A DNA stretch of 64,000 nucleotides from the human T2T-CHM13v2.0 reference genome, Homo sapiens. Below, piece by piece: positions 1-11,700 of the stretch; within the stretch, counting starts at the first letter, position 1, and every line of letters begins with the position of its first letter. Below the pieces are notes generated by a model, which was not told where the DNA came from, did not search any database, and saw only the letters and a program-made list of their open reading frames with translations. The translations under genes and the position numbers were made by a program. The stretch lies in the NCBI RefSeq assembly GCF_009914755.1, contig NC_060927.1, one strand, 5' to 3'.

Positions 1-139
1 GAATTTTCCACTTGCAAATTCCACAAAAAGAGTGTTTCCAATCCGCTCTGTCTAAAGGAAGGTTCAACTCTCTGATTTGAATACATACATCCCAAAAGAA
101 GTTACTGAGAATTCTTCTGTCTAGCATTATGTGAAGAAA

Positions 140-156
140 TCCCGTTTCCAACGAAA
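140..156 (-). other. CENP-B box 1 (intact, TTTCGTTGGAAACGGGA); recurs in each HOR
   Basis: + strand tcccgtttccaacgaaa matches NTTCGNNNNANNCGGGN on the - strand. Confidence 0.95.
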
Positions 157-480
157 GCCTCAAAGAGGTCCAAATATCCAGTTGCAGAATTTACAAACTG
201 ACTGTTTCCAAACTCATCTATGAAAAGAAAGGTTAAACTCTGTGAGTTGAATGCACATATCACAAAGTAGTTCCTGAGAATGATTCTGTCTAGTTTTTAT
301 ACGAAGATATTTCCTTTTCCACCAATGGCCTCAAAGTGCTTGAAATCTCCCCTTGCAAATTCCACAGACAAGTGTTTCAAATCTGCACTGTCTAAAGGAA
401 GGTTCAACCCTGTGAGTTGAATACACACACACAGAAACAAATTCACTGAGAATTCTATTGTCTATCATTACACGAAGAAA

Positions 481-497
481 TCCCGTTTACTACGAAG
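481..497 (-). other. CENP-B box 2 (variant CTTCGTAGTAAACGGGA; all 9 core bases retained)
   Basis: + strand tcccgtttactacgaag; the two substitutions fall only in N positions of the core consensus. Confidence 0.88.
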
Positions 498-819
498 GCC
501 TCAAAGAGGTCCAAATATCCAGCTGCAGACATTACAAACTGAGTGTTTCCAAAGTGCTCTATGAAAAGAAGTGTTAAACACTGTGAGTTCAATGCACACA
601 TCCCAAAGCAGTTTCTGAGAATGATTCCGTCTATTTTTTCTACGAAGATATTTCCTTTTCTGCCGTTGGCCTCAAAGCGCTTGAAATCTCCACTTGCAAA
701 TTCCACAAAAAGAGAGTTTCAAATCTGCTCTGTCTAAAGGAAGGTTCAACTCTGTGAGTTGAATTCACACCACAAAAAGAAGTTACTGAGAATTCTTCTG
801 TCTAGCATTATATGAAAAA

Positions 820-836
820 TCCCGTTTCCAACGAAG
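820..836 (-). other. CENP-B box 3 (intact)
   Basis: tcccgtttccaacgaag. Confidence 0.95.
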
Positions 837-1077
837 GCCACAAAGAGGTCCAAATATCCACTTGCAGATTCTGCAAAAAGAGTGTTTCCAAACTGCTCTA
901 TGTAAAGAAACGTTAAACTCTGTGAGTTGAACGCAAACATCACAAAGTAGTTTCTGAGAATGACTCCGTCTAGTTTTTATACGAAGATATTTCCTTTCCT
1001 ACCATTCACTTCAAAGCGCTTGAAGTCTCCCCCTGAAAATTCCACAAAAAGTGTTTCCAATCTGCTCCGCCTAAAGG

Positions 1078-1083
1078 AAGCTT
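1078..1083. other. HindIII site (AAGCTT), one per HOR, giving a 2.9-kb ladder unit
   Basis: ggaagcttcaac at 1076-1087, recurring every 2891 bp. Confidence 0.9.
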
Positions 1084-1157
1084 CAACTCTGTGAGTTGAA
1101 TACCCACAACCCAAAGAAGTTACTGAGAATTCTTCTGTCTAGCATTATATGAAGAAA

Positions 1158-1174
1158 TCCCGTTTCCAACGAAG
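1158..1174 (-). other. CENP-B box 4 (intact)
   Basis: tcccgtttccaacgaag. Confidence 0.95.
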
Positions 1175-1496
1175 GCCTCAAATACATCCAAATATCCAGT
1201 TGCTGACTTTACAAACTGAGTGTTTCCAAACTGCTCTATGAAAAGAAAGGTTAAACACTGTGAGTTGAACACACACGTACCAAAGTAGTTTCTGAGAATG
1301 ATTCTGTCTAGTTTGCATACGAAGATATTTCCTTTTCTACCATTGGCCTCAAAGCTCTGAAATCTCCACTTGCAAATTCCACAAAAAGAGAGTTTCAAAT
1401 CTGCTGTTTCTAAAGGAAAGTTCAACTCTGAGAGTTGAATACACACCAGAAAAAGCAGTTACTGAGAAGTCTTCTGTCTAGCATTATATGAAGAAA

Positions 1497-1513
1497 TCCC
1501 ATTTCCAACGAAG
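1497..1513 (-). other. CENP-B box 5, degenerate in all copies (CTTCGTTGGAAATGGGA; core CGGG->TGGG)
   Basis: tcccatttccaacgaag at this position in every copy inspected. Confidence 0.9.
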
Positions 1514-1837
1514 ACTTCAAAGAGGTCCAAATATCCACTTGCAGATTCTGCAAAAAGAGTGTTTCGAAACAACTGTATGAAAAGAAAGGTTAAACACTGT
1601 GAGTTGAACGCACACATTGCAAAGCAGTTTCTGAGAATGATTCCGTCTAATTATTATACGAAGGTATTTCCTTTTCTATCATTGGCCTCAAAGCGCTTGA
1701 TACCTCCACCTGAAAATTCCACAAAAAGAGTGTTTCCAATCTACTCTGTCTAAAGGAACGTTCAACTCTGTGAGTTGAATACACACACACAGAAAGAATT
1801 CACTGAGAATTCTTCTGTCTGGCATTACATGAAGAAA

Positions 1838-1854
1838 TCCCGTTTCCAACGAAG
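1838..1854 (-). other. CENP-B box 6 (intact)
   Basis: tcccgtttccaacgaag. Confidence 0.95.
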
Positions 1855-2008
1855 GCCTCAAAGAGGTCCAAATATCCACTTGCAGATTCTGCAAAAAGAG
1901 TGTTTCAAAACCGCTCCATTAAAAGGAATGTTGAACTCTGTGAGTTGAATGCAAACATCACAACTCAGTTGCTGAGAATGCTTCTGACTAGATTTTATGG
2001 TAAGATAT

Positions 2009-2025
2009 TTCCTTTTCTACCGTAG
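2009..2025 (+). other. A-type monomer box (pJalpha-like, TTCCTTTTCTACCGTAG)
   Basis: Occupies the box position 171 bp after box 6; one mismatch to the recalled pJalpha motif TTCCTTTTYCACCRTAG. Confidence 0.65.
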
Positions 2026-2351
2026 GCTTCAATGCCCTCTAAATACACCCTTGCAAATTCTACAAAGAGACTGTTTCATAACTGCTCTATAGGAAGAAAG
2101 GTTCAACTCTGTGAGTTGAATGCAGAGATCACAACGTGGTTTCTGCGAATGATTCTTTGTAGTTTTTACCTGAAGATATTTCGTTGTCAACCGTAGGCTT
2201 CAAAGCACTCAAAGTATTCACTTGGAACTTTTACAAAAAGAGTGTTAGAAAACTGCTCTTTCCAAAGTAAGGTTCAACTCTGTGAGTTGAATGCACACAT
2301 AACAATCAAGAAGTTTCTGAGAATTCTTCTGTCCTGGTTTATATGAAGAAA

Positions 2352-2368
2352 TCCCGTTTCCAACAAAG
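2352..2368 (-). other. CENP-B box 7 (mutated CG->CA in copy 1 only; intact in the other copies)
   Basis: tcccgtttccaacaaag here versus tcccgtttccaacgaag at 5243, 8134 etc. Confidence 0.9.
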
Positions 2369-2689
2369 GCCTCAAAGACGTTTAAATATCCACTTGCAGA
2401 CTTCACAAACAGAGTGTTTCCAAACTGCTCTATGAAAAGAAAGGTTAAACTCTGTGAGTTGAACGTACACATCACAAAGTAGTTTCTGAGAATGATACTG
2501 TCTAGTTTTTATACGAAGATATTTCCTTTCTACCATTGGCGTCAAAGCGCTAGAATTCTCCACTTGCAAATTCCACAAAAAGAGTGTTTCCAATCTGCTC
2601 TGTCTAAAGGAAGGTTCAACTCTGTGAGTTGAATACACACACACAAAGAAGCTACTGAGAATTCTTTTGTCAAGAATTATAAGAAGAAA

Positions 2690-2706
2690 TCCCGTTTCCA
2701 ACGAAG
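2690..2706 (-). other. CENP-B box 8 (intact here; polymorphic among copies)
   Basis: tcccgtttccaacgaag. Confidence 0.95.
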
Positions 2707-5700
2707 GCCTCAAAGAGTTCCAAATATCCACTTGCACACTGCACAAACTAAGTCTTTCCAAACTGCTCTATGCAAAGAAATGTTCAACTCTGTGAGTTTA
2801 ATACACACATCACAAAGCAGTTTCTGACAATGATACTGTCTAGTTTTTATACGAAGATATTTCCTTTTGTACCATTGGCCTCATACTGCTAGAATTTTCC
2901 ACTTGCAAATTCCACAAAAAGAGTGTTTCCAATCCGCTCTGTCTAAAGGAAGGTTCAACTCTCTGATTTGAATACATACATCCCAAAAGAAGTTACTGAG
3001 AATTCTTCTGTCTAGCATTATGTGAAGAAATCCCGTTTCCAACGAAAGCCTCAAAGAGGTCCAAATATCCAGTTGCAGAATTTACAAACTGACTGTTTCC
3101 AAACTCATCTATGAAAAGAAAGGTTAAACTCTGTGAGTTGAATGCACATATCACAAAGTAGTTCCTGAGAATGATTCTGTCTAGTTTTTATACGAAGATA
3201 TTTCCTTTTCCACCAATGGCCTCAAAGTGCTTGAAATCTCCCCTTGCAAATTCCACAGACAAGTGTTTCAAATCTGCACTGTCTAAAGGAAGGTTCAACC
3301 CTGTGAGTTGAATACACACACACAGAAACAAATTCACTGAGAATTCTATTGTCTATCATTACACGAAGAAATCCCGTTTACTACGAAGGCCTCAAAGAGG
3401 TCCAAATATCCAGCTGCAGACATTACAAACTGAGTGTTTCCAAAGTGCTCTATGAAAAGAAGTGTTAAACACTGTGAGTTCAATGCACACATCCCAAAGC
3501 AGTTTCTGAGAATGATTCCGTCTATTTTTTCTACAAAGATATTTCCTTTTCTGCCGTTGGCCTCAAAGCGCTTGAAATCTCCACTTGCAAATTCCACAAA
3601 AAGAGAGTTTCAAATCTGCTCTGTCTAAAGGAAGGTTCAACTCTGTGAGTTGAATTCACACCACAAAAAGAAGTTACTGAGAATTCTTCTGTCTAGCATT
3701 ATATGAAAAATCCCGTTTCCAACGAAGGCCACAAAGAGGTCCAAATATCCACTTGCAGATTCTGCAAAAAGAGTGTTTCCAAACTGCTCTATGTAAAGAA
3801 ACGTTAAACTCTGTGAGTTGAACGTAAACATCACAAAGTAGTTTCTGAGAATGACTCAGTCTAGTTTTTATACGAAGATATTTCCTTTCCTACCATTCAC
3901 TTCAAAGCGCTTGAAGTCTCCCCCTGAAAATTCCACAAAAAGTGTTTCCAATCTGCTCCGCCTAAAGGAAGCTTCAACTCTGTGAGTTGAATACCCACAA
4001 CCCAAAGAAGTTACTGAGAATTCTTCTGTCTAGCATTATATGAAGAAATCCCGTTTCCAACGAAGGCCTCAAATACATCCAAATATCCAGTTGCTGACTT
4101 TACAAACTGAGTGTTTCCAAACTGCTCTATGAAAAGAAAGGTTAAACACTGTGAGTTGAACACACACGTACCAAAGTAGTTTCTGAGAATGATTCTGTCT
4201 AGTTTGCATACGAAGATATTTCCTTTTCTACCATTGGCCTCAAAGCTTTGAAATCTCCACTTGCAAATTCCACAAAAAGAGAGTTTCAAATCTGCTGTTT
4301 CTAAAGGAAAGTTCAACTCTGAGAGTTGAATACACACCAGAAAAAGCAGTTACTGAGAAGTCTTCTGTCTAGCATTATATGAAGAAATCCCATTTCCAAC
4401 GAAGACTTCAAAGAGGTCCAAATATCCACTTGCAGATTCTGCAAAAAGAGTGTTTCGAAACAACTGTATGAAAAGAAAGGTTAAACACTGTGAGTTGAAC
4501 GCACACATTGCAAAGCAGTTTCTGAGAATGATTCCGTCTAATTATTATACGAAGGTATTTCCTTTTCTATCATTGGCCTCAAAGCGCTTGATACCTCCAC
4601 CTGAAAATTCCACAAAAAGAGTGTTTCCAATCTACTCTGTCTAAAGGAACGTTCAACTCTGTGAGTTGAATACACACACACAGAAAGAATTCACTGAGAA
4701 TTCTTCTGTCTGGCATTACATGAAGAAATCCCGTTTCCAACGAAGGCCTCAAAGAGGTCCAAATATCCACTTGCAGATTCTGCAAAAAGAGTGTTTCAAA
4801 ACCGCTCCATTAAAAGGAATGTTGAACTCTGTGAGTTGAATGCAAACATCACAACTCAGTTGCTGAGAATGCTTCTGACTAGATTTTATGGTAAGATATT
4901 TCCTTTTCTACCGTAGGCTTCAATGCCCTCTAAATACACCCTTGCAAATTCTACAAAGAGACTGTTTCATAACTGCTCTATAGGAAGAAAGGTTCAACTC
5001 TGTGAGTTGAATGCAGAGATCACAACGTGGTTTCTGCGAATGATTCTTTGTAGTTTTTACATGAAGATATTTCGTTGTCAACCGTAGGCTTCAAAGCACT
5101 CAAAGTATTCACTTGGAACTTTTACAAAAAGAGTGTTAGAAAACTGCTCTTTCCAAAGTAAGGTTCAACTCTGTGAGTTGAATGCACACATAACAATCAA
5201 GAAGTTTCTGAGAATTCTTCTGTCCTGGTTTATATGAACAAATCCCGTTTCCAACGAAGGCCTCAAAGACGTTTAAATATCCACTTGCAGACTTCACAAA
5301 CAGAGTGTTTCCAAACTGCTCTATGAAAAGAAAGGTTAAACTCTGTGAGTTGAACGCACACATCACAAAGTAGTTTCTGAGAATGATACTGTCTAGTTTT
5401 TATACGAAGATATTTCCTTTCTACCATTGGCGTCAAAGCGCTAGAATTCTCCACTTGCAAATTCCACAAAAAGAGTGTTTCCAATCTGCTCTGTCTAAAG
5501 GAAGGTTCAACTCTGTGAGTTGAATACACACACACAAAGAAGCTACTGAGAATTCTTTTGTCAAGAATTATAAGAAGAAATCCCGTTTCCAACGAAGGCC
5601 TCAAAGAGTTCCAAATATCCACTTGCGCACTGCACAAACTAAGTCTTTCCAAACTGCTCTATGCAAAGAAATGTTCAACTCTGTGAGTTTAATACACACA

Positions 5701-8700
5701 TCACAAAGCAGTTTCTGACAATGATACTGTCTAGTTTTTATACGAAGATATTTCCTTTTGTACCATTGGCCTCATACTGCTAGAATTTTCCACTTGCAAA
5801 TTCCACAAAAAGAGTGTTTCCAATCCGCTCTGTCTAAAGGAAGGTTCAACTCTCTGATTTGAATACATACATCCCAAAAGAAGTTACTGAGAATTCTTCT
5901 GTCTAGCATTATGTGAAGAAATCCCGTTTCCAACGAAAGCCTCAAAGAGGTCCAAATATCCAGTTGCAGAATTTACAAACTGACTGTTTCCAAACTCATC
6001 TATGAAAAGAAAGGTTAAACTCTGTGAGTTGAATGCACATATCACAAAGTAGTTCCTGAGAATGATTCTGTCTAGTTTTTATACGAAGATATTTCCTTTT
6101 CCACCAATGGCCTCAAAGTGCTTGAAATCTCCCCTTGCAAATTCCACAGACAAGTGTTTCAAATCTGCACTGTCTAAAGGAAGGTTCAACCCTGTGAGTT
6201 GAATACACACACACAGAAACAAATTCACTGAGAATTCTATTGTCTATCATTACACGAAGAAATCCCGTTTACTACGAAGGCCTCAAAGAGGTCCAAATAT
6301 CCAGCTGCAGACATTACAAACTGAGTGTTTCCAAAGTGCTCTATGAAAAGAAGTGTTAAACACTGTGAGTTCAATGCACACATCCCAAAGCAGTTTCTGA
6401 GAATGATTCCGTCTATTTTTTCTACGAAGATATTTCCTTTTCTACCGTTGGCCTCAAAGCGCTTGAAATCTCCACTTGCAAATTCCACAAAAAGAGAGTT
6501 TCAAATCTGCTCTGTCTAAAGGAAGGTTCAACTCTGTGAGTTGAATACACACCACAAAAAGAAGTTACTGAGAATTCTTCTGTCTAGCATTATATGAAAA
6601 ATCCCGTTTCCAACGAAGGCCACAAAGAGGTCCAAATATCCACTTGCAGATTCTGCAAAAAGAGTGTTTCCAAACTGCTCTATGAAAAGAAACGTTAAAC
6701 TCTGTCAGTTGAACGCAAACATCACAAAGTAGTTTCTGAGAATGACTCTGTCTAGTTTATATACGAAGATATTTCCTTTTCTACCATTCACTTCAAAGCG
6801 CTTGAAGTCTCCCCCTGAAAATTCCACAAAAAGTGTTTCCAATCTGCTCCGCCTAAAGGAAGCTTCAACTCTGTGAGTTGAATACCCACAACCCTAAGAA
6901 GTTACTGAGAATTCTTCTGTCTAGCATTATATGAAGAAATCCCGTTTCCAACGAAGGCCTCAAATACATCCAAATATCCAGTTGCTGACTTTACAAACTG
7001 AGTGTTTCCAAACTGCTCTATGAAAAGAAAGGTTAAACACTGTGAGTTGAACACACACGTACCAAAGTAGTTTCTGAGAATGATTCTGTCTAGTTTGCAT
7101 ACGAAGATATTTCCTTTTCTACCAGTGGCCTCAAAGCTCTGAAATCTCCACTTGCAAATTCCACAAAAAGAGAGTTTCAAATCTGCTGTTTCTAAAGGAA
7201 AGTTCAACTCTGAGAGTTGAATACACACCAGAAAAAGCAGTTACTGAGAAGTCTTCTGTCTAGCATTATATGAAGAAATCCCATTTCCAACGAAGACTTC
7301 AAAGAGGTCCAAATATCCACTTGCAGATTCTGCAAAAAGAGTGTTTCGAAACAACTGTATGAAAAGAAAGGTTAAACACTGTGAGTTGAACGCACACATT
7401 GCAAAGCAGTTTCTGAGAATGATTCCGTCTAATTATTATACGAAGGTATTTCCTTTTCTATCATTGGCCTCAAAGCGCTTGATACCTCCACCTGAAAATT
7501 CCACAAAAAGAGTGTTTCCAATCTACTCTGTCTAAAGGAACGTTCAACTCTGTGAGTTGAATACACACACACAGAAAGAATTCACTGAGAATTCTTCTGT
7601 CTGGCATTACATGAAGAAATCCCGTTTCCAACGAAGGCCTCAAAGAGGTCCAAATATCCACTTGCAGATTCTGCAAAAAGAGTGTTTCAAAACCGCTCCA
7701 TTAAAAGGAATGTTGAACTCTGTGAGTTGAATGCAAACATCACAACTCAGTTTCTGAGAATGCTTCTGACTAGATTTTATGGTAAGATATTTCCTTTTCT
7801 ACCGTAGGCTTCAATGCCCTCTAAATACACCCTTGCAAATTCTACAAAGAGACTGTTTCATAACTGCTCTATAGGAAGAAAGGTTCAACTCTGTGAGTTG
7901 AATGCAGAGATCACAACGTGGTTTCTGCGAATGATTCTTTGTAGTTTTTACATGAAGATATTTCGTTGTCAACCGTAGGCTTCAAAGCACTCAAAGTATT
8001 CACTTGGAACTTTTACAAAAAGAGTGTTAGAAAACTGCTCTTTCCAAAGTAAGGTTCAACTCTGTGAGTTGAATGCACACATAACAATCAAGAAGTTTCT
8101 GAGAATTCTTCTGTCCTGGTTTATATGAACAAATCCCGTTTCCAACGAAGGCCTCAAAGACGTTTAAATATCCACTTGCAGACTTCACAAACAGAGTGTT
8201 TCCAAACTGCTCTATGAAAAGAAAGGTTAAACTCTGTGAGTTGAACGCACACATCACAAAGTAGTTTCTGAGAATGATACTGTCTAGTTTTTATACGAAG
8301 ATATTTCCTTTCTACCATTGGCGTCAAAGCGCTAGAATTCTCCACTTGCAAATTCCACAAAAAGAGTGTTTCCAATCTGCTCTGTCTAAAGGAAGGTTCA
8401 ACTCTGTGAGTTGAATACACACACACAAAGAAGCTACTGAGAATTCTTTTGTCAAGAATTATAAGAAGAAATCCCGTTTCCAACGAAGGCCTCAAAGAGT
8501 TCCAAATATCCACTTGCACACTGCACAAACTAAGTCTTTCCAAACTGCTCTATGCAAAGAAATGTTCAACTCTGTGAGTTTAATACACACATCACAAAGC
8601 AGTTTCTGAGAATGATACTGTCTAGTTTTTATACGAAGATATTTCCTTTTGTACCATTGGCCTCATACTGCTAGAATTTTCCACTTGCAAATTCCACAAA

Positions 8701-11700
8701 AAGAGTGTTTCCAATCCGCTCTGTCTAAAGGAAGGTTCAACTCTCTGATTTGAATACATACATCCCAAAAGAAGTTACTGAGAATTCTTCTGTCTAGCAT
8801 TATGTGAAGAAATCCCGTTTCCAACGAAAGCCTCAAAGAGGTCCAAATATCCAGTTGCAGAATTTACAAACTGACTGTTTCCAAACTCATCTATGAAAAG
8901 AAAGGTTAAACTCTGTGAGTTGAATGCACATATCACAAAGTAGTTCCTGAGAATGATTCTGTCTAGTTTTTATACGAAGATATTTCCTTTTCCACCAATG
9001 GCCTCAAAGTGCTTGAAATCTCCCCTTGCAAATTCCACAGACAAGTGTTTCAAATCTGCACTGTCTAAAGGAAGGTTCAACCCTGTGAGTTGAATACACA
9101 CACACAGAAACAAATTCACTGAGAATTCTATTGTCTATCATTACACGAAGAAATCCCGTTTACTACGAAGGCCTCAAAGAGGTCCAAATATCCAGCTGCA
9201 GACATTACAAACTGAGTGTTTCCAAAGTGCTCTATGAAAAGAAGTGTTAAACACTGTGAGTTCAATGCACACATCCCAAAGCAGTTTCTGAGAATGATTC
9301 CGTCTATTTTTTCTACGAAGATATTTCCTTTTCTACCGTTGGCCTCAAAGCGCTTGAAATCTCCACTTGCAAATTCCACAAAAAGAGAGTTTCAAATCTG
9401 CTCTGTCTAAAGGAAGGTTCAACTCTGTGAGTTGAATACACACCACAAAAAGAAGTTACTGAGAATTCTTCTGTCTAGCATTATATGAAAAATCCCGTTT
9501 CCAACGAAGGCCACAAAGAGGTCCAAATATCCACTTGCAGATTCTGCAAAAAGAGTGTTTCCAAACTGCTCTATGAAAAGAAACGTTAAACTCTGTCAGT
9601 TGAACGCAAACATCACAAAGTAGTTTCTGAGAATGACTCTGTCTAGTTTATATACGAAGATATTTCCTTTCCTACCATTCACTTCAAAGCGCTTGAAGTC
9701 TCCCCCTGAAAATTCCACAAAAAGTGTTTCCAATCTGCTCCGCCTAAAGGAAGCTTCAACTCTGTGAGTTGAATACCCACAACCCTAAGAAGTTACTGAG
9801 AATTCTTCTGTCTAGCATTATATGAAGAAATCCCGTTTCCAACGAAGGCCTCAAATACATCCAAATATCCAGTTGCTGACTTTACAAACTGAGTGTTTCC
9901 AAACTGCTCTATGAAAAGAAAGGTTAAACACTGTGAGTTGAACACACACGTACCAAAGTAGTTTCTGAGAATGATTCTGTCTAGTTTGCATACGAAGATA
10001 TTTCCTTTTCTACCAGTGGCCTCAAAGCTCTGAAATCTCCACTTGCAAATTCCACAAAAAGAGAGTTTCAAATCTGCTGTTTCTAAAGGAAAGTTCAACT
10101 CTGAGAGTTGAATACACACCAGAAAAAGCAGTTACTGAGAAGTCTTCTGTCTAGCATTATATGAAGAAATCCCATTTCCAACGAAGACTTCAAAGAGGTC
10201 CAAATATCCACTTGCAGATTCTGCAAAAAGAGTGTTTCGAAACAACTGTATGAAAAGAAAGGTTAAACACTGTGAGTTGAACGCACACATTGCAAAGCAG
10301 TTTCTGAGAATGATTCCGTCTAATTATTATACGAAGGTATTTCCTTTTCTATCATTGGCCTCAAAGCGCTTGATACCTCCACCTGAAAATTCCACAAAAA
10401 GAGTGTTTCCAATCTACTCTGTCTAAAGGAACGTTCAACTCTGTGAGTTGAATACACACACACAGAAAGAATTCACTGAGAATTCTTCTGTCTGGCATTA
10501 CATGAAGAAATCCCGTTTCCAACGAAGGCCTCAAAGAGGTCCAAATATCCACTTGCAGATTCTGCAAAAAGAGTGTTTCAAAACCGCTCCATTAAAAGGA
10601 ATGTTGAACTCTGTGAGTTGAATGCAAACATCACAACTCAGTTTCTGAGAATGCTTCTGACTAGATTTTATGGTAAGATATTTCCTTTTCTACCGTAGGC
10701 TTCAATGCCCTCTAAATACACCCTTGCAAATTCTACAAACAGACTGTTTCATAACTGCTCTATAGGAAGAAAGGTTCAACTCTGTGAGTTGAATGCAGAG
10801 ATCACAACGTGGTTTCTGCGAATGATTCTTTGTAGTTTTTACATGAAGATATTTCGTTGTCAACCGTAGGCTTCAAAGCACTCAAAGTATTCACTTGGAA
10901 CTTTTACAAAAAGAGTGTTAGAAAACTGCTCTTTCCAAAGTAAGGTTCAACTCTGTGAGTTGAATGCACACATAACAATCAAGAAGTTTCTGAGAATTCT
11001 TCTGTCCTGGTTTATATGAAAAAATCCCGTTTCCAACGAAGGCCTCAAAGACGTTTAAATATCCACTTGCAGACTTCACAAACAGAGTGTTTCCAAACTG
11101 CTCTATGAAAAGAAAGGTTAAACTCTGTGAGTTGAACGCACACATCACAAAGTAGTTTCTGAGAATGATACTGTCTAGTTTTTATACGAAGATATTTCCT
11201 TTCTACCATTGGCGTCAAAGCGCTAGAATTCTCCACTTGCAAATTCCACAAAAAGAGTGTTTCCAATCTGCTCTGTCTAAAGGAAGGTTCAACTCTGTGA
11301 GTTGAATACACACACACAAAGAAGCTACTGAGAATTCTTTTGTCAAGAATTATAAGAAGAAATCCCGTTTCCAACGAAGGCCTCAAAGAGTTCCAAATAT
11401 CCACTTGCACACTGCACAAACTAAGTCTTTCCAAACTGCTCTATGCAAAGAAATGTTCAACTCTGTGAGTTTAATACACACATCACAAAGCAGTTTCTGA
11501 GAATGATACTGTCTAGTTTTTATACGAAGATATTTCCTTTTGTACCATTGGCCTCATACTGCTAGAATTTTCCACTTGCAAATTCCACAAAAAGAGTGTT
11601 TCCAATCCGCTCTGTCTAAAGGAAGGTTCAACTCTCTGATTTGAATACACACATCCCAAAAGAAGTTACTGAGAATTCTTCTGTCTAGCATTATGTGAAG

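Larger units (their letters stand above)
1..2891 (-). repeat. Representative HOR unit (copy 1, arbitrary phase), 17 alphoid monomers
   Basis: gaattttccacttgcaaattccacaaaaagagtgtttccaatccgc at 1 recurs at 2892, 5783, 8674 etc. Confidence 0.98.

Noticed and set aside
421-433. (CA)n microsatellites at about 424, 1791 and 2635 of each HOR
   Set aside because: Only about 5 units, and an intrinsic part of these alphoid monomers; not independent loci.
745-763. Hairpin as a rho-independent terminator or structured ncRNA
   Set aside because: Eukaryotic satellite context, no upstream gene, no U-tract, and no transcript evidence can be drawn from the sequence.
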